Positions 45,932 through 54,332 of a DNA stretch of 64,000 bases are shown here, in pieces. Positions within the stretch are counted from its first letter, which is position 1. Every line of letters begins with the position of its first letter. The DNA lies in NCBI GenBank assembly GCA_029242795.1, contig JAQWTH010000008.1, positions 11,260-75,259 of the forward strand, read 5' to 3'. A program made the position numbers and the translations under genes. A model generated the notes under the pieces. The model was not told the DNA's origin, did not search any database, and saw only the letters and a list, made by a program, of their open reading frames with translations. Origin of the DNA: Candidatus Pelagibacterales bacterium. Lineage in GTDB: Bacteria; Pseudomonadota; Alphaproteobacteria; Pelagibacterales; AG-422-B15.

Positions 45932-46725
45932 AGCATGAATATGCTTGGTGAGTAATAAATTTTTATTAACCAAACTATTACTGCCCCAATAGATAAAAAA
46001 GTTCCAAATGGAATATACTGTGATCGTTCCATCTTCTTTATTAGAATAAGTCCAATTCCAACGATTGAGCCCAGAAGAGATGATGCTATCAATACTAAAA
46101 ATGTATTTTCAAGGCCCATCCATAAGCCAATCATAGAGATCATTTTTACATCTCCCATTCCCATACCTTCTTTTTTACGTATCAGAATAAATATCTTTGA
46201 TGTTAAATATAAGACACCTCCACTAATTATCCCGCCCAATAAACTCTCTAACAAAGACAAATTAAAAATAGAGTAAGAAAAATAAGAGATTAATACTCCA
46301 GCTATACTAATAAAATAAGTAATAGCATTAGGAATAATGTACTTATTGAGATCTGTGAAAAAAATAATTACAAGCGATAAGTAAAAAAAGAATGCAAGCA
46401 CTGACTCTATATTTACTCCGTATATCAGACCTAAGTATAATGCTCCAACCCCAGCTAACGCCTCAACAATTGGATATTGAAGTGATAAAGATTTTTGACA
46501 ACATGCAGATTTGCCTCTTAAAATGAAAAACCCAATCAAAGGTATATTTAAATAAAATGGAATTGGTTTATTGCAATGCATACACTCTGATGGAGTAAAC
46601 ATCGATTTATCAACTGGAAGACGATAAATGCAAACATTTGCAAAACTTCCAAAGCATAACGAAAAAGCAATTACAAAAGCTACTTCAATGGGAGTCATAA
46701 GACTGGAGGTTAAAAGACTTACCAA
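45928..46725 (-). CDS. pilD: Prepilin peptidase / N-methyltransferase PilD (peptidase A24)
   Basis: 265 aa. N-terminal Cys motifs (CIYRLP...CMHCNKPI...CCQKS) and the catalytic Asp context GMGMGDVK. Confidence 0.9.
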   Translation of the reverse strand: MVSLLTSSLMTPIEVAFVIAFSLCFGSFANVCIYRLPVDKSMFTPSECMHCNKPIPFYLNIPLIGFFILRGKSACCQKSLSLQYPIVEALAGVGALYLGLIYGVNIESVLAFFFYLSLVIIFFTDLNKYIIPNAITYFISIAGVLISYFSYSIFNLSLLESLLGGIISGGVLYLTSKIFILIRKKEGMGMGDVKMISMIGLWMGLENTFLVLIASSLLGSIVGIGLILIKKMERSQYIPFGTFLSIGAVIVWLIKIYYSPSIFML

Positions 46726-47096
46726 CTTTTTTGATTAGTATTTCTTATCCAAAAACGATTACTGCTGTTCATTTTATCATAAGCATAGGCAATATAACTT
46801 GATGTATTGCCTGATATGCAATATCTGAAGTTTTCATTATCAAGAGTTACCTGGCCACCGAACAAACCATTATTAATAGTAGTGGTTTGATCACCACAAC
46901 CACCACTTGGTCGATAATATTGTTTATTGATTGATTTATACTCTTCTTGCTCCAGGTATATTGATTGAAGTCCTGTTTGTGCTTGCTTATTTTTTACTCC
47001 AGTAATGTATCCATTATATGACACTATTCCAACGGCTGCTAGAATACCAATAATAGCAACAACAACTAATAATTCTAATAAAGAGAAACCTCTCAA
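46719..47096 (-). CDS. Type IVa pilin (short, 125 aa)
   Basis: MRG/FSLLELLVVVAIIGILAAVG class III signal with a very short leader. Two Cys residues could form a C-terminal disulfide loop. Confidence 0.85.
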   Translation of the reverse strand: MRGFSLLELLVVVAIIGILAAVGIVSYNGYITGVKNKQAQTGLQSIYLEQEEYKSINKQYYRPSGGCGDQTTTINNGLFGGQVTLDNENFRYCISGNTSSYIAYAYDKMNSSNRFWIRNTNQKSW

Positions 47097-47117
47097 AGTA
47101 CTATCGAGTTAATGTAA

Positions 47118-47615
47118 CTACTCTTTAGTTACAGTACTTCTTGAGTAGTCATTACTACCAGGGCCCCAACGAGTATTTACAAAACATCTTTGAGGGTTAG
47201 AGTTTTGACAATAGATCCATGTTTGTCCAACATATGATCCAGATGTAGGAGGAGTTCCATTTCTGTAATAAACCGCATTTTGAGATGCGTAATGTGGGTT
47301 TTTGAAATTTTCTGCAGCAAAATGAGTTGCCATTCTTGAAGCATGTTGAGTTACTGCCCAAGAACATGGAGCATTGTAAGGGTTACCAGTGGTTGACCAC
47401 TGAATATATGTTGCTCCTGTAGAGCAGTTTGTAAAATTAGCACTTAAAAATTTAACAACATTTGTATGATTAGCTTTTGTAGAACTCTTTTTTGCGTTAT
47501 CCATAAATCCGTTATAAGCCACAACACCCGCAGCTGCCAAAATACCAATAATTGCTACAACAACTAAAAGTTCGATTAGTGAGAAACCGTTTTTCTTCTC
47601 AATTTTATTTTTCAT
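47118..47615 (-). CDS. pilA: Type IVa pilin (165 aa; candidate major pilin)
   Basis: Start set at ATG 47615 (GGAG 6 nt upstream). MKNKIEKKNG/FSLIELLVVVAIIGILAAAG. Four Cys residues. First gene of the pilin-pilin-pilD unit. Confidence 0.85.
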   Translation of the reverse strand: MKNKIEKKNGFSLIELLVVVAIIGILAAAGVVAYNGFMDNAKKSSTKANHTNVVKFLSANFTNCSTGATYIQWSTTGNPYNAPCSWAVTQHASRMATHFAAENFKNPHYASQNAVYYRNGTPPTSGSYVGQTWIYCQNSNPQRCFVNTRWGPGSNDYSRSTVTKE

Positions 47616-47777
47616 TTTTAAATGCTCCATTAAATAAAAACTATTGATTTCATGATACAATAATAATTCATTTGATATCAATAGGTAATTAATATTAAAT
47701 ATAGGCCATATTCGGGCAAAAGAAAGTACATATCAGATCATTCTTGGGCCATACTTGATACTGAAAAGGCCTAAAAA

Positions 47778-48029
47778 ATGAAGATTTTTCTATATATTTG
47801 TATTGTTTTAAGTTTTTTAGACCTATTTCTCATCATCTACACATGGACTCTTCCACTTTATCCACAAAAACTAAGGGATAAATGGAACCAGGACTCTCTT
47901 GTTGGGGTAGCGAACTTATTCATGAATTTAGTTACAGGTCTTGCTTGGTGCATTTATTTTTATTTCTATCTGTTTGCTCCCCAGTGGTTTTTCTATCTTG
48001 AGACTTTTCAGTCAGATATTAATATCTAG
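47778..48029 (+). CDS. Possible small membrane protein, 83 aa
   Basis: ORF with 2-3 hydrophobic segments. No known motif. Confidence 0.35.
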   Translation: MKIFLYICIVLSFLDLFLIIYTWTLPLYPQKLRDKWNQDSLVGVANLFMNLVTGLAWCIYFYFYLFAPQWFFYLETFQSDINI

Positions 48030-48118
48030 AAAATAATATCTCTAAACTTCATCTTCTTGTTTTCACTAGAGAATCGATTAAAAATGTGTAAAGTGTCGAT
48101 ATTTTAATGGAGATTGTT

Positions 48119-48304
48119 ATGGGTATTCATCACGATTACAAATCAAAACGAGGCGAGCGAGCGATGGCCAAGCAGCAAAAAAGAGAAGCAAAGTTTGCCG
48201 ATAATGCTGAAAGAAAAGAAGAAGAAAAGTTAGTAAAAGAACTAAAAAAAGCAGGACTCAACCCAGAAGAAATTAAACAGTTCCTTGAAGGTAGATCGAA
48301 ATAA
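48119..48304 (+). CDS. Possible small highly charged protein
   Basis: GGAG lies 6 nt upstream of ATG 48119. MGIHHDYKSKRGERAMAKQQKREAKFADNAERKEEEKLVKELKKAGLNPEEIKQFLEGRSK. See the finding on the adjacent second frame. Confidence 0.3.
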   Translation: MGIHHDYKSKRGERAMAKQQKREAKFADNAERKEEEKLVKELKKAGLNPEEIKQFLEGRSK

Positions 48305-48417
48305 AAAGCAGCAAGATACTGCAAAGAGCAAAAAAGATAAACTATCTGATGCTCTGCGATTAAACTTATTGAAAAGAAAAGAGTTTCAGAAAAAAATTAA
48401 AAGTAAGGATTAAAATT

Positions 48418-48972
48418 ATGACCATAATGTCAGATAAATGGATAAAAAAGATGTCAATGGAGCAGGATATGATCTCCCCATTTGTTGATGGTCAAAAAAA
48501 AGATGGAACAATTTCATATGGAGTTTCTTCATACGGTTATGATGCTCGTGTTTCTGAAGAATTCAAAATTTTTACCAATGTAGATTCTGCAATTGTTGAT
48601 CCAAAAAATTTTAGCGACAAGGGTTTTGTTGACCGTCCAGGCAAGGAATGTATTATTCCACCAAATTCATTTGCATTAGCTAGGACGGTTGAATACTTTA
48701 AAATTCCTAGAGATGTTCTTGTTATCTGTTTAGGAAAGTCCACTTATGCTCGTTGTGGAATAATTGTAAATGTAACTCCACTTGAACCTGAGTGGGAAGG
48801 CCATGTGACACTTGAATTTTCGAATACCACTCCATTGCCAGCAAAGGTTTATGCAAATGAAGGCGCTTGCCAGTTTCTTTTTTTTAAAGGTGATGCTCCA
48901 CCTGATGTTTCATATAAGGATAGAAGTGGAAAATACATGGGACAAAAAGGCGTCACACTTCCTAAGTTATAA
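48418..48972 (+). CDS. dcd: dCTP deaminase
   Basis: 184 aa. MSDKWI..., SSYGYDARV, the trimeric dUTPase-like fold motif GHVTLEFSN and [13 protein letters not shown]. Confidence 0.9.
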   Translation: MTIMSDKWIKKMSMEQDMISPFVDGQKKDGTISYGVSSYGYDARVSEEFKIFTNVDSAIVDPKNFSDKGFVDRPGKECIIPPNSFALARTVEYFKIPRDVLVICLGKSTYARCGIIVNVTPLEPEWEGHVTLEFSNTTPLPAKVYANEGACQFLFFKGDAPPDVSYKDRSGKYMGQKGVTLPKL

Positions 48973-48978
48973 TCCTAT

Positions 48979-50241
48979 ATGGAAAAAATTGTCATAACAG
49001 GAGGAGAACCTCTCAGTGGCAATATTTCAATTGGTGGCTCTAAAAATGCAATCTTGCCAATTATGGCCGCATGTATCTTAACTGATGAGGCCGTTCATTT
49101 AACAAACGTTCCTAATCTTCAAGATATTCAGACAATGATAAAAGTTTTGGTGTCAATCGGTGCTAAGGCTGACATCTCAAATCTAAACCAAAATAAATTA
49201 ACCGTTTGCTATGAAGATATTGACAAAAATATTGCAGAGTATGACTTAGTTAGGAAAATGCGTGCAAGTGTTCTTATTTTAGGCCCTCTGCTTGCAAGAA
49301 GAAAAGAAGCTTCAGTATCACTTCCTGGTGGCTGCGCTATAGGAGCGCGACCAATTGATATTCATATTGATGCACTCAAAAAATTAGGCGCTAAATTTGC
49401 TCTTGATAGTGGTTATGTGAACTGTAGGGCACCTAAAGGCTTAAGAGGAAATAAAATTGATTTAAAAAAAATTTCTGTTGGAGCTTCTGAAAATATCATA
49501 ATGGCCGCTTCATTGGCTACTGGAGAAAGTGAGATTAATAATATAGCAATTGAACCTGAGGTTATTGATCTTATTAAGTGCTTGAAGTCTATGGGTTCAG
49601 AAATTGATTTTGTTGGTGATCGAAAGATTTTAATTCAAGGAAAAGATAATCTTAGAGGAACAACTCACAATGTAATACCTGATCGAATTGAAGCGGGCTC
49701 ATATATGATTGCCGGAGCATTGATTGGAAATAATTTAAAAATTCAAAATATTGTACCAGATCATATACAAAATATTTTGAGCATATTTGAAGAATTAGAA
49801 ATTGATTTTAAACTAAATAAAGATAGCATTTCTTTATCCAAGTCAGATATTGAAGTGGGTATTAATTTACAAACAGAGGAGTATCCAGGTTTTCCAACTG
49901 ATCTTCAGGCTCAAATAATGGTACTGTTATCAAAATCAAACAAAGAATCTTCAATAATTGAAAATATATTTGAAAACAGATTTATGCACGTACCAGAGTT
50001 AAATCGAATGGGGGCACAAATATTAATAGAAGGAAATAAATCAATTATTTCCCCATCGAGCGAACTTATAGGTGCACCTGTGATGGCAACAGACTTGAGA
50101 GCTTCAGTAAGTCTTGTTTTAGCGGGGCTTATTTCAAAAGGTGAAACAATAATCAATAGAATTTATCATATAGATCGTGGATATGAAGAAATAGAAAAAA
50201 AGATTTCTCAATGTGGTGGAAATATCAGACGCATAAAATAG
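48979..50241 (+). CDS. murA: UDP-N-acetylglucosamine 1-carboxyvinyltransferase
   Basis: 420 aa. GSKNAILPIMAA, active-site loop LPGGCAIGARPID and FPTDLQAQ. Confidence 0.95.
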   Translation: MEKIVITGGEPLSGNISIGGSKNAILPIMAACILTDEAVHLTNVPNLQDIQTMIKVLVSIGAKADISNLNQNKLTVCYEDIDKNIAEYDLVRKMRASVLILGPLLARRKEASVSLPGGCAIGARPIDIHIDALKKLGAKFALDSGYVNCRAPKGLRGNKIDLKKISVGASENIIMAASLATGESEINNIAIEPEVIDLIKCLKSMGSEIDFVGDRKILIQGKDNLRGTTHNVIPDRIEAGSYMIAGALIGNNLKIQNIVPDHIQNILSIFEELEIDFKLNKDSISLSKSDIEVGINLQTEEYPGFPTDLQAQIMVLLSKSNKESSIIENIFENRFMHVPELNRMGAQILIEGNKSIISPSSELIGAPVMATDLRASVSLVLAGLISKGETIINRIYHIDRGYEEIEKKISQCGGNIRRIK

Positions 50242-50242
50242 A

Positions 50243-50671
50243 ATGAAGCTCAATGCAATCGATACAGAAGAATTAAAAATTATTGCAACAGTTCTTCAAG
50301 ATGGCTTAATTGAAGTCAATGATGTTAAATATTTGCCATCTATTCGTCAATTTATTGTAATGATTACCCGTTTTATGTGGGAAGAAAAAATTGTAAATAA
50401 GACGAATAATCGAACGAAAGCAGTCTTAGTTTTTGATGATGTTTTAGCTGTCTATTCAAAAAATATTGATCAAATGGATAAGGCTAAAGTCTTAGAATTG
50501 TTAACATTTAACTTTTATTACAATAAATCTAAAAATATCGAAATTGAATTGCTTTTCAATAATGAAGCCACTATAAAACTCGAAACAGAAGTAGTGCAAG
50601 CAAAACTAGAAGATCAAGGCGAGTCTTGGACCGTAGAAGAATTAAATAAAAAAAATGACACTCAGACTTAA
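50243..50671 (+). CDS. DUF2948-like conserved alphaproteobacterial protein
   Basis: 142 aa. Its position between murA and hisD matches the alphaproteobacterial synteny I recall for DUF2948. Confidence 0.6.
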   Translation: MKLNAIDTEELKIIATVLQDGLIEVNDVKYLPSIRQFIVMITRFMWEEKIVNKTNNRTKAVLVFDDVLAVYSKNIDQMDKAKVLELLTFNFYYNKSKNIEIELLFNNEATIKLETEVVQAKLEDQGESWTVEELNKKNDTQT

Positions 50672-51950
50672 TACAGCTGACCAAAGTTTTAATGGTAGCT
50701 TTAAAAAGCTAATTGAAAATGATCGTAGTACATCCCAAGATGTAAGAAAGATTGTTACATCAATACTAGAAAGAATTAAATGCGATGGAGATAAAGCTCT
50801 TATTGAGCTAACAAATAAATATGACGCCAATTCTTTAAAATTAGAACAACTTAAACTAAGTGAAGAAAATATTAATGAAATCGATAGTAAGTGTGAAGTA
50901 GATATTAAGAAATCCATGGAGATAGCTTCCAAAAGAATTACTGAGTATCATAAGCGTCAGTTACCAGCCGATCAGTTATATACAGATGAAACAGGAACTA
51001 CTTTAGGATACCAATGGAAACCTATTGAAAGAGTTGGAATTTATGTCCCTGGAGGGACTGCTAGCTATCCAAGTACGGTATTAATGAATGCGATTCCAGC
51101 TATAGTAGCGGGGGTAAAAGATATTGTTATGGTTACACCAGCTAGCAATGGGGAGCTCAATCCGTCTACTTTATATGCAGCTAAATTACTAAATATAAAT
51201 GAGGTTTATCAAATAGGGGGCGCTCAAGCGATAGGAGCACTCGCATTTGGAACTGATACAATTAATAAAGTAGATAAAATTGTTGGACCAGGAAACGCCT
51301 ATGTAGCGGAGGCAAAAAAACAAGTGTTTGGATCAGTGGGCATTGACATGTTTGCAGGGCCTTCTGAAATAGTAATTGTTGCTGATGAAACAAATAACCC
51401 AAAAATTACTGCCGCTGATCTTCTATCTCAAGCTGAGCATGATAATAGCGCTCAAAGTATTTTGATTACGGACAATGACTCGTTTGCAAATAAAGTTGAG
51501 ACTGAAGTATTAGATCAGCTTAACTCTTTGCCTCGTAAAGATATTGCTTCAGAAAGTTGGGAAAGACATGGAGCCATTATTGTTACAAAAGATATAAATG
51601 AGGCAATTCAAATCTCAAATCAGCTTGCTCCTGAGCATTTAGAGCTTTCATTTGAAAATGCAAAAGAATATTTAAATGATATAAAGCACGCAGGAGCTAT
51701 TTTTGTTGGAACATCAACTCCAGAGGCAATTGGAGATTATTTGGCTGGGCCAAGTCACGTTCTTCCAACAGATAGAACCGCCAGGTATTCCTCTGGACTT
51801 TCAGTTTTTGATTTTATAAAAAGAACATCAATTATTGAATGCACACCAGAAAGTCTTGAAAAAATTGGTTCAGATGCTATGTCAATGGCTAAAGATGAGG
51901 GGCTTGACGGTCATGCTCGATCAATAGAATATAGGCTTTCAAAAAAATAA
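50655..51950 (+). CDS. hisD: Histidinol dehydrogenase
   Basis: 431 aa. [29 protein letters not shown] and APEHLEL motifs. Confidence 0.95.
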   Translation: MTLRLNTADQSFNGSFKKLIENDRSTSQDVRKIVTSILERIKCDGDKALIELTNKYDANSLKLEQLKLSEENINEIDSKCEVDIKKSMEIASKRITEYHKRQLPADQLYTDETGTTLGYQWKPIERVGIYVPGGTASYPSTVLMNAIPAIVAGVKDIVMVTPASNGELNPSTLYAAKLLNINEVYQIGGAQAIGALAFGTDTINKVDKIVGPGNAYVAEAKKQVFGSVGIDMFAGPSEIVIVADETNNPKITAADLLSQAEHDNSAQSILITDNDSFANKVETEVLDQLNSLPRKDIASESWERHGAIIVTKDINEAIQISNQLAPEHLELSFENAKEYLNDIKHAGAIFVGTSTPEAIGDYLAGPSHVLPTDRTARYSSGLSVFDFIKRTSIIECTPESLEKIGSDAMSMAKDEGLDGHARSIEYRLSKK

Positions 51951-51952
51951 AT

Positions 51953-52171
51953 ATGTCAAAAGAAGAAATATTAGAATTCAAAGGTAAGGTTACAGATTTA
52001 CTTCCTAATGCAATGTTTAAAGTTGCATTAGAGAATGGACATGAAGTTTTAGCACATACTGCAGGTAGAATGAGAAAGAACAGGATACGTGTTCTTGCTG
52101 GAGATGAAGTATTAGTTCAAATCACGCCCTATGATTTAACCAAAGGACGTATTATTTTCCGCTATAAATAA
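51953..52171 (+). CDS. infA: Translation initiation factor IF-1
   Basis: 72 aa. [51 protein letters not shown]...GRIIFRYK is unmistakable IF-1. Confidence 0.95.
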   Translation: MSKEEILEFKGKVTDLLPNAMFKVALENGHEVLAHTAGRMRKNRIRVLAGDEVLVQITPYDLTKGRIIFRYK

Positions 52172-52188
52172 TCAAAAGAGATTTAATA

Positions 52189-52755
52189 TTGAAATTTATT
52201 CTAGGAAGCTCATCTCCCCGAAGATTAGAATTATTGAAAAGTATTGGAATTAATCCTGATCAAGTCATCTCACCTGATATAGACGAGTCAATTCATAAAA
52301 ATGAAACTCCAAAGGATTATGTAAAAAGAATTTCATTTGAAAAAATGAATTCTCTGAAAGAAAATAATTCTAATAGCATAATACTAACAGCAGACACAAT
52401 TGCTTTTTGTGGAAGAAGGCTTATTGATAAAACTGATAAGTCTGAAATTGCTATTCAAAATCTTAGTTTTTTGTCTGGAAAAAGACATAAAGTAATAACT
52501 AGTTTATGTGTTTTAGATAAAGATAAAAATTTAATAACCAAGTCTATTCTGAGTACCGTCTTAATGAAAAGATTGTCAAAAAATGAAATTGATCAATATA
52601 TTGCTTCCAATGAGTGGTTAAATGTTGCTGGCTCTTATCGAATTCAAGGTCAGGCAGAGTCATTTATAAAATTTATAAATGGTTCTTATTCAAATATTGT
52701 AGGTCTTCCACTTTATGAGACACGAAATATTTTAAAATCTGTTGGAACCATATGA
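52189..52755 (+). CDS. maf: Maf-like nucleoside triphosphate pyrophosphatase
   Basis: TTG start. ILGSSSPRRLELL..., ADT, GSYRIQG and IVGLPL motifs. Confidence 0.85.
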   Translation: MKFILGSSSPRRLELLKSIGINPDQVISPDIDESIHKNETPKDYVKRISFEKMNSLKENNSNSIILTADTIAFCGRRLIDKTDKSEIAIQNLSFLSGKRHKVITSLCVLDKDKNLITKSILSTVLMKRLSKNEIDQYIASNEWLNVAGSYRIQGQAESFIKFINGSYSNIVGLPLYETRNILKSVGTI

Positions 52756-53114
52756 ATGAAATAGTTTTTATATATAATGCAAAGAGTGGAACGGTAAATT
52801 CGCTAATAGATTGGGCACACAAAATTGTATCACCCGATACATACGAATGTAGCCTGTGTAGTATGACTTACGACAACTTTGGAAAAAGAGCTGAATGGTC
52901 TAAATTTCTAAGAGAAATAAAAGTTAAATCCTCTTTTATTTATAGAGATCACATAATGAATGATCAGAATCTGAAAGATGCCTCATTGCCCTGCGCTTAC
53001 TTAAAAAAGTCCAATGATATAAGACTGCTTATTTCTTCAGATGAAATGAATGCTTATAAAGATTTAGAAGAACTGATTGTTAGTTTGAGAAAAAAGCTAG
53101 AAGAATTAACATAA
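52752..53114 (+). CDS. Hypothetical protein with CxxC motif
   Basis: 120 aa. ATGA overlap with maf. YECSLCSMTYDNFGKRAEW suggests a redox or metal-binding site. Family not recognised. Confidence 0.5.
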   Translation: MNEIVFIYNAKSGTVNSLIDWAHKIVSPDTYECSLCSMTYDNFGKRAEWSKFLREIKVKSSFIYRDHIMNDQNLKDASLPCAYLKKSNDIRLLISSDEMNAYKDLEELIVSLRKKLEELT

Positions 53115-53167
53115 AAGAGTTAAAAGATATTTGTAATTTTGTTGCTTTTGCAATGTATTGCACTTAC

Positions 53168-53243
53168 GGCTCGATAGCTCAGTTGGTAGAGCATAGGACT
53201 GAAAATCCTTGTGTCGGTGGTTCAAGTCCACCTCGAGCCACCA
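53168..53243 (+). tRNA. tRNA-Phe (GAA)
   Basis: Folded by hand. Acceptor GGCTCGA/TCGAGCC, D-arm GCTC-AGTTGGTA-GAGC, anticodon loop CTGAAAA, T-arm GGTGG-TTCAAGT-CCACC, encoded CCA. 76 nt. Confidence 0.93.
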
Positions 53244-53248
53244 TTTAT

Positions 53249-53325
53249 GCAGCTGTAGCTCAGTTGGTTAGAGCGCCTGGTTGTGGTCCAGGAGGCCGGT
53301 GGTTCAAATCCTCCCAGCTGTACCA
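53249..53325 (+). tRNA. tRNA-His (GTG), no encoded G-1, A73
   Basis: Acceptor GCAGCTG/CAGCTGT (G1-U72 wobble), D-arm GCTC-AGTTGGTTA-GAGC, anticodon arm CCTGG-TTGTGGT-CCAGG, T-arm GGTGG-TTCAAAT-CCTCC (one U-U mismatch), discriminator A, encoded CCA. The nucleotide at -1 is T. Confidence 0.9.
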
Positions 53326-53331
53326 TATTAT

Positions 53332-53862
53332 CTATGAAATTTTTTTTAAAATTGGGTCTTTTAGAAAAATATGATGATACAGAACTGCTAAAATGTGTAA
53401 GACAACAAGAATTATCAAAAAAATGGATGCAGATACATGGACTTTCTCTGCAACTTCAACAATTTCAAAATTAAAATAATCAAAAGATATTGATGTAAAA
53501 AGAAAATTTACATCTTCACCAGACAATAATTTTTTCATTATTCCTGATATAGAAATAGCAAGCAGTGTAAAATACAATAACCAGTGATTTGCTTTAGAAA
53601 TGACTAATTGCCAGGTCTGCACTTGACTACCACTAAGCGGCGAGTCATTCATAAGTTTCCAGATAAGTCTCAATAAAGTAATATAGAAAATAATCACCCC
53701 AAATATTGAGTGATAATTTTCAATTGATAATTTAAAATCTGAGAATTCAAGATCCTCTAAGTAGAATCCTAAAGGAATTTGAAATATTAAAATTAGTAAA
53801 GTTATCCAATGGAATGAAATAGAAATTATTCCATATTTATTTTCATTGTTAAAATATTTCAT
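53332..53862 (-). CDS. Cytochrome b561-family membrane protein
   Basis: 176 aa and 4 TM segments. His residues in SFHWITLLIL, ENYHSIFG, ANHWLLY and VLHILAVLYHH fit a bis-haem b561 layout. Confidence 0.8.
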   Translation of the reverse strand: MKYFNNENKYGIISISFHWITLLILIFQIPLGFYLEDLEFSDFKLSIENYHSIFGVIIFYITLLRLIWKLMNDSPLSGSQVQTWQLVISKANHWLLYFTLLAISISGIMKKLLSGEDVNFLFTSISFDYFNFEIVEVAEKVHVSASIFLIILVVLHILAVLYHHIFLKDPILKKIS

Positions 53863-53879
53863 TATTGTAACTTTAATAT

Positions 53880-54332
53880 ATGAAAAATATTCTTCAATTA
53901 TTAGTTGTTATTATTTTTACGACAGTTTCTATTAATATGTATGCTGATGACATGACTCAGGAAAATTTTATAAAAGATCGAAAAGCTATGTTTAAGAAAA
54001 ATTATAGTTATGCAAAAAAAATGTCTTCTGAGATTACAAAGGGAAATAATCAGGCTGTTTCAGAATTAGCAATGAAAATGTCAAAAAATTATGAAGCATT
54101 AATAGATTATTTTCCTGCAAATACACAAACTGGCTTTGAAACTGAAGCATTACCATCGGTTTGGGAAGAGAAACAATTATTCAATGATCTAATGAACAAA
54201 GCGTCAAACGATGCTAGTGATTTCGCTATAATGGTAATGAACTTAATGGGTGATGAATTAAAAGAATATCAAAAAAAGATGATTTGGTCACAATGCAAAA
54301 CTTGTCATGATAAGTTTAGAATGCCTCACTGA
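53880..54332 (+). CDS. Class II cytochrome c (cytochrome c'/c556-like)
   Basis: 150 aa with a signal peptide. The single C-terminal haem motif CKTCHDKFR is typical of four-helix-bundle class II cytochromes c. Confidence 0.8.
   Translation: MKNILQLLVVIIFTTVSINMYADDMTQENFIKDRKAMFKKNYSYAKKMSSEITKGNNQAVSELAMKMSKNYEALIDYFPANTQTGFETEALPSVWEEKQLFNDLMNKASNDASDFAIMVMNLMGDELKEYQKKMIWSQCKTCHDKFRMPH

Noticed and set aside
53115-53331. tRNA pair as a possible integration hotspot or genomic island border
   Set aside because: There is no integrase, no direct repeat of a tRNA 3' end, and no phage or transposon genes on either side. The flanking genes are housekeeping.
53153-53474. Two ORFs of 73 aa and 63 aa covering 53153-53374 and 53283-53474
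   Set aside because: They read straight through the tRNA-Phe and tRNA-His genes, which fold into canonical cloverleaves. They are spurious.
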